Assembly: GCA_018399715.1 (NCBI GenBank)
Contig: JAGYNR010000002.1
Location: 5,687 to 69,686 of the forward strand
DNA from: Desulfobacterales bacterium
Lineage (GTDB): Bacteria > Desulfobacterota > Desulfobacteria > Desulfobacterales > SKZT01
DNA length: 64,000 bases
Reading direction: 5' to 3'
Part shown: piece after piece, positions 62,823 to 64,000 of the stretch
How positions within the stretch are numbered: the first letter of the stretch is position 1
How the letters are laid out: each line of letters begins with the position of its first letter
Position numbers and translations under genes: made by a program
The notes under the pieces: generated by a model
The model's database searches: none
The model's input: the letters and a program-made list of their open reading frames with translations, nothing else
What the model was told of the DNA's origin: nothing

Positions 62823-64000
62823 TTACAGCCGGACATTGACATAATATCCTTGATGCCCTCTTTGTAATAAAATGACTACCGAAGTTTTGAGACGATATTT
62901 GATAATCGTATTTTTGAAGTCTTCAATATCATTAATAACATGTTCATCTAATTTCAAAATGATATCTCCCGGACGAGCGCCGATTTGCCAAAGATATGAT
63001 TGCTCACCAATATGAGTAATGACAATCCCTTTTGAAGTTCTTGTTTTATATTTGTTTCTGTTATAAATATTTAAATTTCCAACTTTGATACCCAGCAGGC
63101 GCTCTGCGAGATTCAGTGCCAGATTTGTTGGAAACTGTTGAGCTGTAAGAAAAATTTTTAGATATGAACCATTGCGCCAGATATTTAATTTTATTCGATC
63201 GCCCGGGGAATATTTACGTAACATGGCATAAAATGACGCTGAGCAGTCCATAATGTGATCATCAACGGATTCAATAAAATCTTCAGGATGAAGTCCTGCT
63301 TTTTCGGCCGGACTGTCTTTTTCAATTTCCTTGACAATTACCCCTGCTGTATCCGGCAGATTCATATAGCGGGCAAGACGTGGGTCTAAATTCTGAACAA
63401 TGATGCCCGTCCAAACGGGAATTACTTCTCCATATTCAATCAAATCCGTTATAATTTTTTTGGCGGTGTTGATAGGAATCGCAAAGCCGATGCCCTGAGC
63501 TTTTGCATAAATAGCTGTATTAATAGCAATCAGTTCTCCTTTGATATTCAACAGTGGACCACCGCTGTTGCCGGGATTAATGGAAGCATCCGTTTGAACA
63601 AAGTTATGGTAAACGGCATTATCTGTACGAATACTTCGGTTTAAGGCACTGATGACACCGGTCGTAACAGTGTGGGAAAAACCAAATGGATTTCCGATAG
63701 CAATTACCGTTTCACCAATCATTAAATCATCGGAATTGCCCAGTTGAACCGATGGCAGATGTTTATCGGTTTTGATCTGAAGAAGGGCTAGATCTGAATC
63801 GGGATCTGAACCTTTGACCTGAGCTTGAAACTCGCGGGTATCGTTTAACATTACCGTTATTGTTGAAGCCGATTCGATAACATGGGCGTTGGTAAGAATA
63901 AACCCCCGATCACCATCGATGATTACGCCTGAACCGAGACTGGTCCGCCTGATTTTGCGTTCAAATCCGGGATCAAAAAAATCTTTGAAAAAAAAATCAA
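62823..64000 (-). CDS. HtrA/DegP/DegQ-family serine protease with two PDZ domains (5' end outside window)
   Basis: The frame stays open past the ORF-track Met to the window edge (...FFDPGFERKIRRTSLGSGVIIDGDRGFILTNAHVIE...). Catalytic His is in TNAHV, then DLALL, then GNSGGPL. Two PDZ-like segments follow. Confidence 0.9.
   Translation of the reverse strand, partial: DFFFKDFFDPGFERKIRRTSLGSGVIIDGDRGFILTNAHVIESASTITVMLNDTREFQAQVKGSDPDSDLALLQIKTDKHLPSVQLGNSDDLMIGETVIAIGNPFGFSHTVTTGVISALNRSIRTDNAVYHNFVQTDASINPGNSGGPLLNIKGELIAINTAIYAKAQGIGFAIPINTAKKIITDLIEYGEVIPVWTGIIVQNLDPRLARYMNLPDTAGVIVKEIEKDSPAEKAGLHPEDFIESVDDHIMDCSASFYAMLRKYSPGDRIKLNIWRNGSYLKIFLTAQQFPTNLALNLAERLLGIKVGNLNIYNRNKYKTRTSKGIVITHIGEQSYLWQIGARPGDIILKLDEHVINDIEDFKNTIIKYRLKTSVVILLQRGHQGYYVNVRL

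Overview
This 64-kb window is a gene-dense bacterial chromosomal segment made mostly of housekeeping genes. The gene content suggests an anaerobic deltaproteobacterium (Desulfobacterota-like): an MglA orthologue, an octaheme HAO-family cytochrome, a YkgJ Cys-cluster protein and many PilZ/GAF/HAMP signalling proteins. That taxonomic call is inference only. Confidently recognised genes: mnmE, ftsE-ftsX-envC-like-ctp-yibQ-like, nadB, dnaJ, queD, a trmJ-like gene, ndk, glk, ispF-cysS-uvrB-uvrC, mdh, purC, recC-recB, argJ, truA, asnS, a partial htrA/degP-like gene, a NupC-family nucleoside transporter and a LysE-family exporter. There is also an AT-rich sugar/LPS-type cluster (SDR epimerase, RmlD-like, RmlC-like, Kdo/WaaP-type kinase, GT2) and a vapBC toxin-antitoxin pair. 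I found no rRNA, tRNA, CRISPR array, transposase, integrase or phage gene. The intergenic DNA carries at least three families of small palindromic/MITE-like repeats, including two about 140-nt copies 44 kb apart with an identical core. Several sit at gene 3' ends, and one supplies a stop codon. My candidates for something undescribed, in order: (1) A comparatively GC-rich three-gene module at the left edge (nt 3-3835). It has a HAMP membrane sensor translationally coupled to an 862-aa protein, followed by a cupin lipoprotein. The 862-aa protein's C-terminal half is collinear with S-adenosylhomocysteine hydrolase but has a degenerate dinucleotide motif. (2) An MglA-type Ras-like GTPase operon with no MglB (nt 46274-49504). 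It is flanked by a TPR-like protein, a DUF4388/PATAN plus double cNMP-binding protein, and a canonical PilZ c-di-GMP receptor. (3) A nucleotidyltransferase/GAF/atypical-kinase/USP cluster (nt 17571-20275). (4) A SlyD-type FKBP fused to a SAM methyltransferase (nt 15692-16894). (5) An orphan promoter-terminator pair that could specify an sRNA of about 100 nt upstream of ftsE (nt 25763-25895). All functional calls rest on motif recognition from the supplied translations and on remembered family signatures. No database search was run.
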